Positions 44,778-53,737 of a stretch of 64,000 nt of DNA are shown here, one piece after another. The notes beneath the pieces are model-generated. The model did not search any database. It had not been told where the DNA came from and worked only from the letters and a program-made list of their open reading frames with translations. The DNA is from Thermoguttaceae bacterium (GTDB taxonomy: Bacteria; Planctomycetota; Planctomycetia; Pirellulales; Thermoguttaceae): assembly GCA_031548645.1 (NCBI GenBank), contig JAVBQX010000014.1:13392-77391 (forward strand), written 5' to 3'. Within the stretch, counting starts at the first letter, position 1. Each line of letters starts with the position of its first letter. The position numbers and the translations under genes are program-made.

Positions 44778-46553
44778 TCAAGTTGCCGGGTCCTCTTTCT
44801 CAAACCAGGTCACCGGGTTGAGTTTGCCGAAGGTGGATTTTTTCTTCGGTTCTTCCACGGCGGGTTTTTCCTCGGACAGGTCCTCGGCGTAAACCGCGGA
44901 ATTGTATGAGCGTTCCTTATCCTGGGACTGACCTTCCATAATAAATTTGCAACTCAGGGCCGAGGTGCCGTTTTGCTGTTCCTTGCCGGCCTCGGACAGG
45001 AATTCGAGCGTGTCCTGGTAGGAGCCGCCCAGTTCGGCGATGGCTTCAAGTATCTTGTCAAGCGAGTTGGGCCGCGATCGCGTCGCGTTGATTCCGCCGG
45101 GGTTGACCCGGACGATCTCGACCTGTTCGGGGGATTGCACGTTGACGACGATCGAGTTGCCCGCGTTTCCTACGAAAGGCGCGTTGAGCTTGATGTTTTG
45201 CGAGAAGAGCACGATTTCCGCCCGCTGCGACGATGTCGCATGAACCATCGCTTCGTCGAAGGGCAACACGTGATAATGATAGGGAAAGGCGCCCTGCGGC
45301 CAGGCCCTGATGGCAGGGTGATCCGGCGTACGCCGCCGAAGGGCCCAAAACGCGCCGTAACGCAATTCGGGGTCGCCCGAGGCCATGAGCGGAATGATGT
45401 TGTCGGCCGCTTCGAGGTCGCTGCCCATCGAAGCCAGCGCCGTGATGGCCGCTTGCCGTCTTTTCACGTCGTCGCGTGCGAATTCCGCCAAAACGGGCCC
45501 GACGCCCAGTTTGCGCATATAGGCGAGCGCTTCAGCGGAATAAAACCGCACGTCACGGTCGGCGCTTTTCATGCCCTCATACAGGGTGTCGGCGCCGCCC
45601 TTGGCGGGTAGTGCCTCCAACTGCAACGCGGCCATTTGTGATTTTTCCGGATCGAACAGTTCCTCCTTGAGTTCCTTGAGCCGCTGTGCCTCCTGGGCGT
45701 CGTTCTCAAAACATCGAATCGACAACAGCACGGCCAGATATCGACCGGGAGCCTCGCGGTAGTCGGGGTGCATCTTGACTTCAATGCCGACCGCGGGCTG
45801 GCTGCGCGCCGTGGCAACGCCGGTCGGTTCGCCTTCGATTTTGAAGCGTCGATTGATTCGTTGCGCCAATTCGGCGGCGATGATCGCCAATTGACTTGTG
45901 TTTCGCGATTCCGTTCCGAGTATAAGGCTGAAATCGCGGTCAAAATGGCACTCCGCCTTTCCGAGAATGACGGCCCGTTTTTCGAAATTCTGGTTTCCTT
46001 TTTCGATTTTCGGGTCGAGCAACAGCGGTCCTTCGACCGAAGCCAATATTTTGCCGCGTTTGATGTCGAAACCGACATCCAACATGTCCGAGAGAACGGT
46101 TTTATAAAGGATACCGCCTCGAAGGCTTTTGCACTCACTGCCCGGAGGAAGCGAAATTTCCACGTCAACCGCTTCGCCTTTTCGAAGTCCCGGACGAATT
46201 TTGGCCTGCACGCGGACGATCGCGGTGTCTTTCGAGTCGATCAGTTGATTGATATTGGGGATATCGTCGCGTTTCAATTCCTCGCTGACGATTTTGCGAT
46301 GCATGGATTCGACTTCAACGCAGCCGTTTTCACCCAGATTGTATACAAGCCCGAAGCCGTCGACTGTCATGGGGTTATGGCTGCTGATCCCCGGCGCCGC
46401 ATACTCTGCCAACGTCCGGTTGAGGGGATACGGCTTGACCGGCGCCGGCTTGTTTTTGCCCTTGCCCCGATTGATCAGGCTGCACCCCGTCAACAAATTG
46501 AGCATAACGAGAAAAAGAACGGGTAAAACCGCATATTTTGGGAGGTTTTTCAT
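44778..46553 (-). CDS. lipoprotein with FlgI (P-ring)-like N- and C-terminal segments separated by HEAT repeats
   Basis: Lipobox LLTGCS. Segments parallel to FlgI are VDGFGLVYNLGENG, DTAIVRVQAKIRPGLRKGEAVDVEISLPPGSECKSLRGGILYKTVL and SQLAIIAAELAQRINRRF. The C-terminal match is SLDKILEAIAELGGSYQDTLEFLSEAGK. The middle has HEAT-like repeats (DRDVRFYSAEALAYM, DPELRYGAFWALRRR). Confidence 0.65.
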   Translation of the reverse strand: MKNLPKYAVLPVLFLVMLNLLTGCSLINRGKGKNKPAPVKPYPLNRTLAEYAAPGISSHNPMTVDGFGLVYNLGENGCVEVESMHRKIVSEELKRDDIPNINQLIDSKDTAIVRVQAKIRPGLRKGEAVDVEISLPPGSECKSLRGGILYKTVLSDMLDVGFDIKRGKILASVEGPLLLDPKIEKGNQNFEKRAVILGKAECHFDRDFSLILGTESRNTSQLAIIAAELAQRINRRFKIEGEPTGVATARSQPAVGIEVKMHPDYREAPGRYLAVLLSIRCFENDAQEAQRLKELKEELFDPEKSQMAALQLEALPAKGGADTLYEGMKSADRDVRFYSAEALAYMRKLGVGPVLAEFARDDVKRRQAAITALASMGSDLEAADNIIPLMASGDPELRYGAFWALRRRTPDHPAIRAWPQGAFPYHYHVLPFDEAMVHATSSQRAEIVLFSQNIKLNAPFVGNAGNSIVVNVQSPEQVEIVRVNPGGINATRSRPNSLDKILEAIAELGGSYQDTLEFLSEAGKEQQNGTSALSCKFIMEGQSQDKERSYNSAVYAEDLSEEKPAVEEPKKKSTFGKLNPVTWFEKEDPAT

Positions 46554-46784
46554 TTATTGTGACCTTGTCGTTCATTCGGAAACAAAACAGCTGTTTGGCG
46601 AATCGTACGAAAAAATCCCGGGCGGTTCAAGGGCGATTTTTTGCCGGAAATTGTCACTTCGGTCATACTCGCTTGCCTTGACCGCGTATTGATTTACAAT
46701 GGTCAACGTCAGGGATTCGTTGATTTTTAAACTTGTGAATACTATACTGTTTTGCGTAAATTGCACATTCCTCCAGGAATAACA

Positions 46785-47807
46785 ATGAAAAAAGCCCTGA
46801 CGCTGTTGATCAAAGTGTCGCTGATCCTGTCGATTTTCATCTTCCTGTTTTACCAGGCCCACGAAAACGACGCATTCTCCGAATTCTGGAGTCGGCCCAA
46901 GCATTGGGGGTATCTCATCCTCGCGTTTCTGTCGAATTTTGCCGCCGTGTCCATAACGATCTTCCGCTGGCAATTCCTGCTGAACAGCGTCGACGTTCCA
47001 TTGAAAACGAAGCAGGCGTTCCGCATCGGTTATCTTTCCTTCCTGTTCAATCTGGCGCCCGTCGGTATCGTCACCGGGGACGGCATCCGGTTTTACATGC
47101 TGTTTCACCGGTTTCCGGACGCCCGGGCGAAGAGTTTCGCCAGCATCGTCATGGACCGCGCGATCGGGCTTTATGTCATGTTTCTCGTCGCGGTCATCGC
47201 CATTTATGCGACGGGGTTCAACGCCAATCCGGGCACGCCGGACGACACGGCATTTGTCGCGACGATCGTTCGGGGCATGTTGATCCTTCTCGGCGTTTCA
47301 ACGGCGGTCGCATTGCTCGTTTTGCTGCCCGACCTGACCCGGGGCGTCGGACTGCGGCTGCTCGACCGGTGTTGCGGTCGCGTGCCGAAGCTCAAATCGG
47401 TGGTCCTGGCCGTGCAGGGATACCGCAATCACAAGCGGGCGCTCTTCGCCGCCGGGGCGATGACTTTCGCGGTGCATATCCTGTTCAGCCTCGGCATCTG
47501 GTTGATTGCGCTCGGATTTTACGGTTACGCGCCGACCGCCGCGGACCACCTGGTGCTGCACCCCGTTGCCAACGTGACACAGTTGATCCCGCTCGCGGCG
47601 GGGCCCTACGAGATGGTACTTGACAAAATGTACACGTTTTTCCCCATCGCGGGACACGAAACCTATCGCGCGGGCTATGGGCTGCTCATTGCTTTGGGCT
47701 ATCGCATCATTTCCCTCCTCCTGGGCGGAATCGGCGCCCTGTTCTACCTCGTCAGCCGCGGCGAACTCCGCGAAGCCATGCCGCGACAAAATGCGGACGA
47801 GCCGTGA
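46785..47807 (+). CDS. flippase-like / lysylphosphatidylglycerol-synthase TM-region family membrane protein (UPF0104)
   Basis: I placed the start at the ATG at 46785 (MKKALTLLIKVSLILSIFIFLFYQA). It has about 8 TM segments, and the conserved layout with RWQFLL and GD..R motifs is typical of this family. Confidence 0.65.
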   Translation: MKKALTLLIKVSLILSIFIFLFYQAHENDAFSEFWSRPKHWGYLILAFLSNFAAVSITIFRWQFLLNSVDVPLKTKQAFRIGYLSFLFNLAPVGIVTGDGIRFYMLFHRFPDARAKSFASIVMDRAIGLYVMFLVAVIAIYATGFNANPGTPDDTAFVATIVRGMLILLGVSTAVALLVLLPDLTRGVGLRLLDRCCGRVPKLKSVVLAVQGYRNHKRALFAAGAMTFAVHILFSLGIWLIALGFYGYAPTAADHLVLHPVANVTQLIPLAAGPYEMVLDKMYTFFPIAGHETYRAGYGLLIALGYRIISLLLGGIGALFYLVSRGELREAMPRQNADEP

Positions 47808-47957
47808 TCTGCGATCACGGTATAAAATTTGCCGCCGATATTTCATTGCGATCAAAATCCCTCTTGCCGGTTCGGGGACAGCGTGTAATATGGTGAAATA
47901 CCGTCTTTTGTATCAAAATCGCCAACCGCCCCGCTGTTTACCTGGAAACATCGCCCC

Positions 47958-48809
47958 ATGAACCGCCATCCCCGTTGCCACCGTTTCGCCCCGCAGCTCG
48001 ACCTGTCGAAAATTCGGCACGTCGCCTTCGACATGGACGGTACGCTTTACAGCGGCAAAACGCTGTTCGAATACACGAAATCGACGCTGGACACGCTCGA
48101 ATCGCTCGGGATCGGATATACGTACCTGACGAACAATTCGTCGCTCAGCGCGAAGGATTACCTGCACAAAATCACGAAACTCGGCCTGAACGGCACGAGC
48201 GACAATATTTTCACTTCGTCGCTGGCGACGATCAGCTACCTGAAAAAGCACCATCCCGCGCAGAAAAAAGTGTACGTTTTGGGGACGCAAAGCCTGCGGG
48301 ACGAATTCGTTGAATATGGTTTCACCCTCGCCACGGAAGACAACGGCGAAGAGCCTGAACTGGTCATCGCGGCGTTTGACACGACGCTGACCTTCGACCG
48401 GCTGTGCAAGGTGGCCTGGTGGGTCAAGCAGGGAAAACCGTACATCGCGACGCACCCGGACAAAATCTGCCCGACCGACCTGCCGCTGGTGCTCGTCGAT
48501 TGCGGGGCCGTTTGCGCCTGCATCGAAAACGCAACGGGCCGCGCCCCTGATATCGTGCTCGGCAAGCCCGACCGCGTCATGATCGACGGCATCATCGAAA
48601 AACACGACCTGCGACCGAATGAAATCGCCATGGTCGGCGACAGGCTGTACACCGATATGGAAATGGCTCGACAGGCCGGAATCATCGGCGTGCTGGTCCT
48701 CAGCGGCGAGGCGACGCTCAACGATTTCGAAAAAAGCCGCCTGGCCACCGAACTGGTCGTCGATAACATCGCCGTGTTGGCGGATTTATTGAAAAACGCC
48801 CGTAATTGA
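47958..48809 (+). CDS. HAD-superfamily hydrolase, subfamily IIA (NagD-like)
   Basis: Motif I is VAFDMDGTLY, motif II is TNNS, and GKP plus VGDRLYTDMEMARQAGIIGVLVLSGE form motifs III/IV. Confidence 0.85.
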   Translation: MNRHPRCHRFAPQLDLSKIRHVAFDMDGTLYSGKTLFEYTKSTLDTLESLGIGYTYLTNNSSLSAKDYLHKITKLGLNGTSDNIFTSSLATISYLKKHHPAQKKVYVLGTQSLRDEFVEYGFTLATEDNGEEPELVIAAFDTTLTFDRLCKVAWWVKQGKPYIATHPDKICPTDLPLVLVDCGAVCACIENATGRAPDIVLGKPDRVMIDGIIEKHDLRPNEIAMVGDRLYTDMEMARQAGIIGVLVLSGEATLNDFEKSRLATELVVDNIAVLADLLKNARN

Positions 48810-48968
48810 TGATCAACGCAAAATTGACGGTGTAAAATTCCTTGCCGTGGGTTCACCCGAAGTTTATTGATGCAGCCTTCAATATGTTGTAAGCGGCGCA
48901 CTTTCAGTTTTCGCGGGCGAACTGCTGAAAGGCTTTGGACCCGTAAAAGAATAAGTTGAACAAACAAG

Positions 48969-49022
48969 GTAGGGCTCGCTCGCCGTGCGAGCCGCAAATT
49001 CGGCGGTCACGGCGTAACCGCC
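48969..49022. repeat. REP doublet (variant GTAG-headed hairpin plus an inverted canonical-type unit)
   Basis: 48969-48993 reads gtagggctcgctcgccgtgcgagcc, with a GGCTCGC/GCGAGCC stem. 49002-49022 reads ggcggtcacggcgtaaccgcc. The doublet lies between the convergent HAD and PEP-CTERM genes. Confidence 0.75.
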
Positions 49023-49043
49023 GTCCATGAAAAGAACCGGTGT

Positions 49044-49835
49044 TTACCGCGTTCTCTTTTTCCGGGACCGGAAATACCCGGTTCCGCCGACGGTCAGGGT
49101 CCCGAGTCCCCAAAGCAGCGCGGTGGCCGGTTCGGGAACGTCGGACGACGAGCCCGTGTTGACGATGATGTAGGCGATGTCCTGGTAGTCATAGTCGAGC
49201 AGGCTCGTATTGAACCCGTCCTCCCAGCCGACCATGTATGCGCTGGTGATGTTCATGTTGCCGGTTTTCAACCGCATCAAATCGGTCACGTCAAAGGCGA
49301 TCATCGAGATCAGCGAGCAAAGGTTTTTCGAGGCGTCGGAATAGTACGTGAAGTTTCCCGCGCCGTTGGTGACGTCCAAACTCCAACCTTTGAAGTTCTC
49401 TCCATAATTCAAGGAAATGAGCGCGTCGCGGAAGACTCTGTCATACCTCTCGCCATCGCTGTAAATTCGTCCTCCCGCCAAAGTGGTTCCATTGGCGTAG
49501 GTCGCATTGAGACCAAGCGTGAACAGGCTGTTTTTGGAAAGGCCGATGATCGTTCCCTGGCCCCCGGTGCCGATTTGTTTGAGAAGATTGGCGTCCTTCA
49601 CACCGCGATCCGCGTAAAGGGCGTTGGAACTGGTGTAGGCGTTACGAACGGAAAGTCCGAAATAATCGTTGACCAAACCATAGCAGCCCACCTCGTCCGT
49701 ACGGTCGTAAATCTGGAGCGTTCGGAGATTCGTGTTGGTGGTGGAAAAATCGGCATAAACCTTGGGAATTCCGAAGGAGATACCGAGGACAAGAAAGGTA
49801 AAAAACGTTCTTGAAAAAAGTTTACACATCTGCAT
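49044..49835 (-). CDS. PEP-CTERM sorting-domain protein
   Basis: Signal peptide (FFTFLVLGISFGIPKVYA). The C-terminus VPEPATALLWGLGTLTVGGTGYFRSRKKRTR follows the PEP-CTERM pattern of PEP, TM helix and basic tail. Confidence 0.85.
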   Translation of the reverse strand: MQMCKLFSRTFFTFLVLGISFGIPKVYADFSTTNTNLRTLQIYDRTDEVGCYGLVNDYFGLSVRNAYTSSNALYADRGVKDANLLKQIGTGGQGTIIGLSKNSLFTLGLNATYANGTTLAGGRIYSDGERYDRVFRDALISLNYGENFKGWSLDVTNGAGNFTYYSDASKNLCSLISMIAFDVTDLMRLKTGNMNITSAYMVGWEDGFNTSLLDYDYQDIAYIIVNTGSSSDVPEPATALLWGLGTLTVGGTGYFRSRKKRTR

Positions 49836-50354
49836 AAGTATCCTTCAATACTGAGGTTAAACCAAACATGGTAATTTCGACAGCATTCAAATTAACACGA
49901 AAAAGAATAATATCAAGATGTATTTATCTATTTTAACAGATTTATTTGTTATTATTATATTGCCTTATGACTGAATGGTTTTGGATTAGTTTTTGTGAAG
50001 AGATGGCGGCATTACAGCGGCCAACAGATCGAGTGGTTCAATACATAATTTCAGTGCGGGAGGCAAAGACTTCAGAAAACAATCCAGACGCTCTGCGTCA
50101 AAGACCGTTTTCTCCTCGACAGGCAAATGCATATTGCACAATTATCATTTCCATCGCAATGACAATAAGATATGTGTTTTGCGGCTATCGGCCGCCCATA
50201 TCGATCATAAATTTCTATTCAATTTAAGCTATATCTGATGTTAGAGAGAGAATAATATTTGTTTGTTACTAAATTTATTGATCAATAAATTCATAAGCTA
50301 TACTAAAAATACCATTTTGAATATGAATTTCGCTACCAGTATTGAGGCGCAAGA

Positions 50355-52778
50355 ATGAATATCGGTCGTTTATTGATTGTCGGGTTTATTGTTCTTTCCG
50401 CATCTATTGTCGTTGTGTTGATTTCCTTTTTTCTGAGTGACATGAGGAACACAACCGGCACGGTCATCTCGGAATTCGCTTCCACCATCGGCTTCGTCCA
50501 GGATAAAAATCAGTCGATGCTCGGACGCATTGACGGGATGAGCTCGGAAACCGGAGATATCGCGGCCGAGATGGGCAAGGAGCAGATGCGGCTCGTCGGC
50601 CAGGCGGTCGCGAATGACATTCGTATGAAACTGGAAACCAGTTTTGCGGACACCCGAACCGCGGCGGAATATATGCTCAGCTATCGTGATGCCCAAAAAG
50701 CGGAAAACGAGCGTCCGAATCGCGAGATTTCCAATGCGATGCTTCAACGTTTTATCGAACTCCATCCTGAATATTTTGCCGCATGGAGCGCTTGGGAACC
50801 GGAGGCTTACGACCATGACGACAAGGGCCATATCGACGTCGATCCGTCAAAATCGGAAGGAGAGCAAAACCCGACTGGCCGATATTTTCCCTGGTTCGTG
50901 AGAAAAGCGGACCATTCCATTTATTATGAATACATGACGGCCGAAGAATGTGAAACGGAAGACTATTACCTGCTCCCCAAAAATACCGGTCACGAATGGG
51001 TATTGGAACCCTATTTGGATGATTCGATGGACGCTTCCATCACCCTGCCAACGTTGATGACGTCCTTTTGCATTCCGATCATGGAAAATCACCGTTTCCT
51101 CGGCGTGTTCGGAGCGGATATTTCGATTGACGGGCTTTCGAAGATGATCGAAACCTACAAACCCTATGAAACGGGTTATGTCATGTTGGTTTCGCCTGGG
51201 GGAATTATCGCGGCCCATTCGAATAATCCGGACATGTTGATGAAGGATTTGAGTGATCTTCCCGAGACGGAACACTCGCTGGAGCTGATCGAAAACGGTC
51301 TTGAAGGTTTTTACGGCAACAAGGCCTTCGGGCATGGTCAGGAAGTCCTGAAGTACCACGTGCCTCTTCAAATTGGAAATTCTCCCGACAAATGGACCGT
51401 CATCGTATTGGCCGATTTCGACCAGGTCATGAAAGCTCGCAATGACATGATGGCGGCAACCGACAACACGCTTGCCGACGTTCGCACGATCAGCAACGAT
51501 CTTTCCGCGGAATCGAAAAAACGTACGGAACAAATGGAGACAGGCATGAAGCAACTGGCGAATGTGATGCTTCAAAAAACATTGATTCTCGGGGGAGTCG
51601 TCTTATTCATTGCCAGCGTGATCGGAGTGATTTTTTCCCGGCAGGTCAATCGTTCCATCATGGCGAGGGATCATTGGTACAGGCAAATACTCGATACCGC
51701 CGATTCCCCATGCATAGTGCTTGATAACGATCTGAAAATGAGTTTTCTCAACAGAAAATCAATTGAACTCCTGAACATGCCAATTGAAAAAGCCATTGAC
51801 AAACCGGTCAACGATATTTGGAATGATGAGATTCACAAAACGGCACATGAGGTCGCTGTCACCACAGGACGGACGACCGCCCGAAAATCAATGACCACGT
51901 TTAAGCGGGCAATATGGGAAATTCATGCCGATGCACTTCTCGATCAAAAGGGAAAACGAATCGGGTTCGTTGAATTTTTACAGGATATTTCCGACAGGGA
52001 GAGCATCTATAGATTGGTCGGTGAAATCAAACGCATCGTTGAAGTGACCCAAAACGGGACGACGGAAATCACGACGGAGGCCGAGCATCTTTCCTCCGGA
52101 TCCGAAAAGCAGACGGAATCCTTGAACGAGATCGTGTCCATGATCACGGCGATGAGTCAAATGGCCTCTCAAAATGCCAATAGGGCGGAAAACGCCAACC
52201 AGATCACCCATGACGTTGAATCCGCCGCGATGGAAGGCCAAAAACAGATGAAACACATGGTGGATTCCATGCGTCAGATCAGTGAAAACGCCAGGAATAC
52301 GCAGCAGGTCGTCAAGTCGATTGACGAAATCGCATTCCAGACGAATTTGCTTGCCTTGAACGCCGCCGTGGAAGCGGCACGCGCCGGCACCCATGGAAAA
52401 GGGTTCGCCGTCGTGGCGGAGGAAGTCCGGAATCTCGCCGCCCGAAGCGGCAAAGCGGCCCATGAAACGGAAGATATGATCAAATTGAGCAACGCAAAAA
52501 TCGACAAGGGAGTGGAAATCGCGAACCAGACGGCTGACGCCCTGAATCGAATCGTGGAACTTGTAACGCAAACGACCGGGTTGATATCGGAGATCGCAAC
52601 TTCATCCAATGATCAAACCACAAGCGTTCATGAAGTGGAGGCGGGCGTGAAGGTCGTCAGTACCGTGACGCAACAGAATTCCGCGACAGCCCACCAAACG
52701 GCCCGTTCCGCATCCGAATTGAACAAGGCGATGAACGAATTGAGCAGTCTGGTCCTGCGGATGAGCAAAGTATCGTGA
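50355..52778 (+). CDS. methyl-accepting chemotaxis protein (Cache-like periplasmic domain, PAS-like segment, MA domain)
   Basis: It has two TM segments flanking a sensor region of about 380 aa. The highly conserved signalling hairpin EIAFQTNLLALNAAVEAARAGTHGKGFAVVAEEVRNLA is present. Confidence 0.9.
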   Translation: MNIGRLLIVGFIVLSASIVVVLISFFLSDMRNTTGTVISEFASTIGFVQDKNQSMLGRIDGMSSETGDIAAEMGKEQMRLVGQAVANDIRMKLETSFADTRTAAEYMLSYRDAQKAENERPNREISNAMLQRFIELHPEYFAAWSAWEPEAYDHDDKGHIDVDPSKSEGEQNPTGRYFPWFVRKADHSIYYEYMTAEECETEDYYLLPKNTGHEWVLEPYLDDSMDASITLPTLMTSFCIPIMENHRFLGVFGADISIDGLSKMIETYKPYETGYVMLVSPGGIIAAHSNNPDMLMKDLSDLPETEHSLELIENGLEGFYGNKAFGHGQEVLKYHVPLQIGNSPDKWTVIVLADFDQVMKARNDMMAATDNTLADVRTISNDLSAESKKRTEQMETGMKQLANVMLQKTLILGGVVLFIASVIGVIFSRQVNRSIMARDHWYRQILDTADSPCIVLDNDLKMSFLNRKSIELLNMPIEKAIDKPVNDIWNDEIHKTAHEVAVTTGRTTARKSMTTFKRAIWEIHADALLDQKGKRIGFVEFLQDISDRESIYRLVGEIKRIVEVTQNGTTEITTEAEHLSSGSEKQTESLNEIVSMITAMSQMASQNANRAENANQITHDVESAAMEGQKQMKHMVDSMRQISENARNTQQVVKSIDEIAFQTNLLALNAAVEAARAGTHGKGFAVVAEEVRNLAARSGKAAHETEDMIKLSNAKIDKGVEIANQTADALNRIVELVTQTTGLISEIATSSNDQTTSVHEVEAGVKVVSTVTQQNSATAHQTARSASELNKAMNELSSLVLRMSKVS

Positions 52779-52982
52779 TTGAGGCGGAAATTGCCCGGCC
52801 ACATTTTGGCAGTTGCCGAAAAAGTCTAATCTATCGCTTCGACAAATGCTTGTTGTTATGGTTGACTTTTGGTAAAATATACGGGAATTGCATAAAATTT
52901 ACTCGCCGCGGGAAAAATCCGCTTCGCATAAAACCGCAACGAAGCCTTGAAGCATGCGTTTGAAAAACTTCGATAAAATGTC

Positions 52983-53546
52983 ATGAAGAAGAAAAACTGC
53001 CGTGGTCCTTATTGCCGGCGATGCGGTCGTCACCGGGCGGATGAAAACTTCAGTGACAAAGGCCATGACCGGCATCTCTGCAAAGATTGCACGGCGGAAC
53101 AGCGGACGGAAGTCAAACGCAAACGTCAAACCGCCGATTGCAAACGCGTGGACACGAACCTGTTTCGCGACCTGCCGACGTCGCTGCCCGAGGAACTGGT
53201 CGAAACGTTGCTGCAAACGAACCACGTCCGTATCGAGCGCATCGTTTCGACCGGACAATCCAGCCCGGAAAATTTCTGGTACGATCAGGACGAAGGTGAG
53301 TGGGTGATCCTCCTTCGCGGCGAGGCGACGATGGACTTCTGCGGTGAAATCGGTATGCGCCGCTTGCGTTCGGGCGATTATTGCTTCATACCGGCGCATC
53401 AAAAACACCGCGTCGTGGCCACCTCGACCAAAAAACCGACCGTTTGGCTGGCCGTTTTCGTCAAGGAAAAAAAAGTTGCCATCAAGTGCGAGGTCCGGAA
53501 AAAACGGGCCGTCAAAAAGCCCAAATCGCTTAAAAACGTGTCGTGA
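52983..53546 (+). CDS. cupin-domain protein with an N-terminal Cys4 zinc-ribbon-like segment and a Lys-rich tail
   Basis: The N-terminus has CRGPYCRRC...CKDC. The cupin-like core is VRIERIVSTGQSSPENFWYDQDEGEWVILLRGEATMDF...LRSGDYCFIPAHQKHRV. Confidence 0.65.
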   Translation: MKKKNCRGPYCRRCGRHRADENFSDKGHDRHLCKDCTAEQRTEVKRKRQTADCKRVDTNLFRDLPTSLPEELVETLLQTNHVRIERIVSTGQSSPENFWYDQDEGEWVILLRGEATMDFCGEIGMRRLRSGDYCFIPAHQKHRVVATSTKKPTVWLAVFVKEKKVAIKCEVRKKRAVKKPKSLKNVS

Positions 53547-53664
53547 TAAATCGCTCGAAAAAGCTGCCGACCGTGCAACGTTCATTGATTTTGGACGTGT
53601 TTGCTTACGCCGTTGTCGGTCGTGATGAACAACTGCTCCGTTTTCCGATATTTCCACAAACAAA

Positions 53665-53699
53665 AACCCCCCCGTGTTGACATGGGAGGGTTGTTTTTT
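53665..53699. terminator. bidirectional intrinsic terminator between the cupin gene and the Wza-like gene
   Basis: An aaccccccc / gggagggtt stem (one mismatch, 10-nt loop) has A-rich sequence upstream and gTTTTTT downstream, so it gives a U-tract on both strands. Confidence 0.55.
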
Positions 53700-53737
53700 G
53701 GGTTATCCAACAAGAGAGGGATTTCTGTCTGTCATGG

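Noticed and set aside
49946-50227. A 93-aa ORF in the 519-bp AT-rich divergent region between the PEP-CTERM and MCP genes.
   Set aside because: It has no SD and an odd composition (Cys/Ile/Phe-rich), and it lies in what looks like a shared promoter region. It is most likely non-coding.
49044-53546. An impression that the PEP-CTERM/MCP/cupin block, and some other genes such as 30850..31839 and 4327..5562, are more AT-rich than neighbours such as hemA or the 38-44 kb genes, hinting at a horizontally acquired island.
   Set aside because: This is only a visual impression, as I cannot compute GC or codon statistics here. Nearby core genes (miaA, hisE) look similarly AT-richer, and no integrase, tRNA or direct-repeat boundary is present, so I do not call an island.
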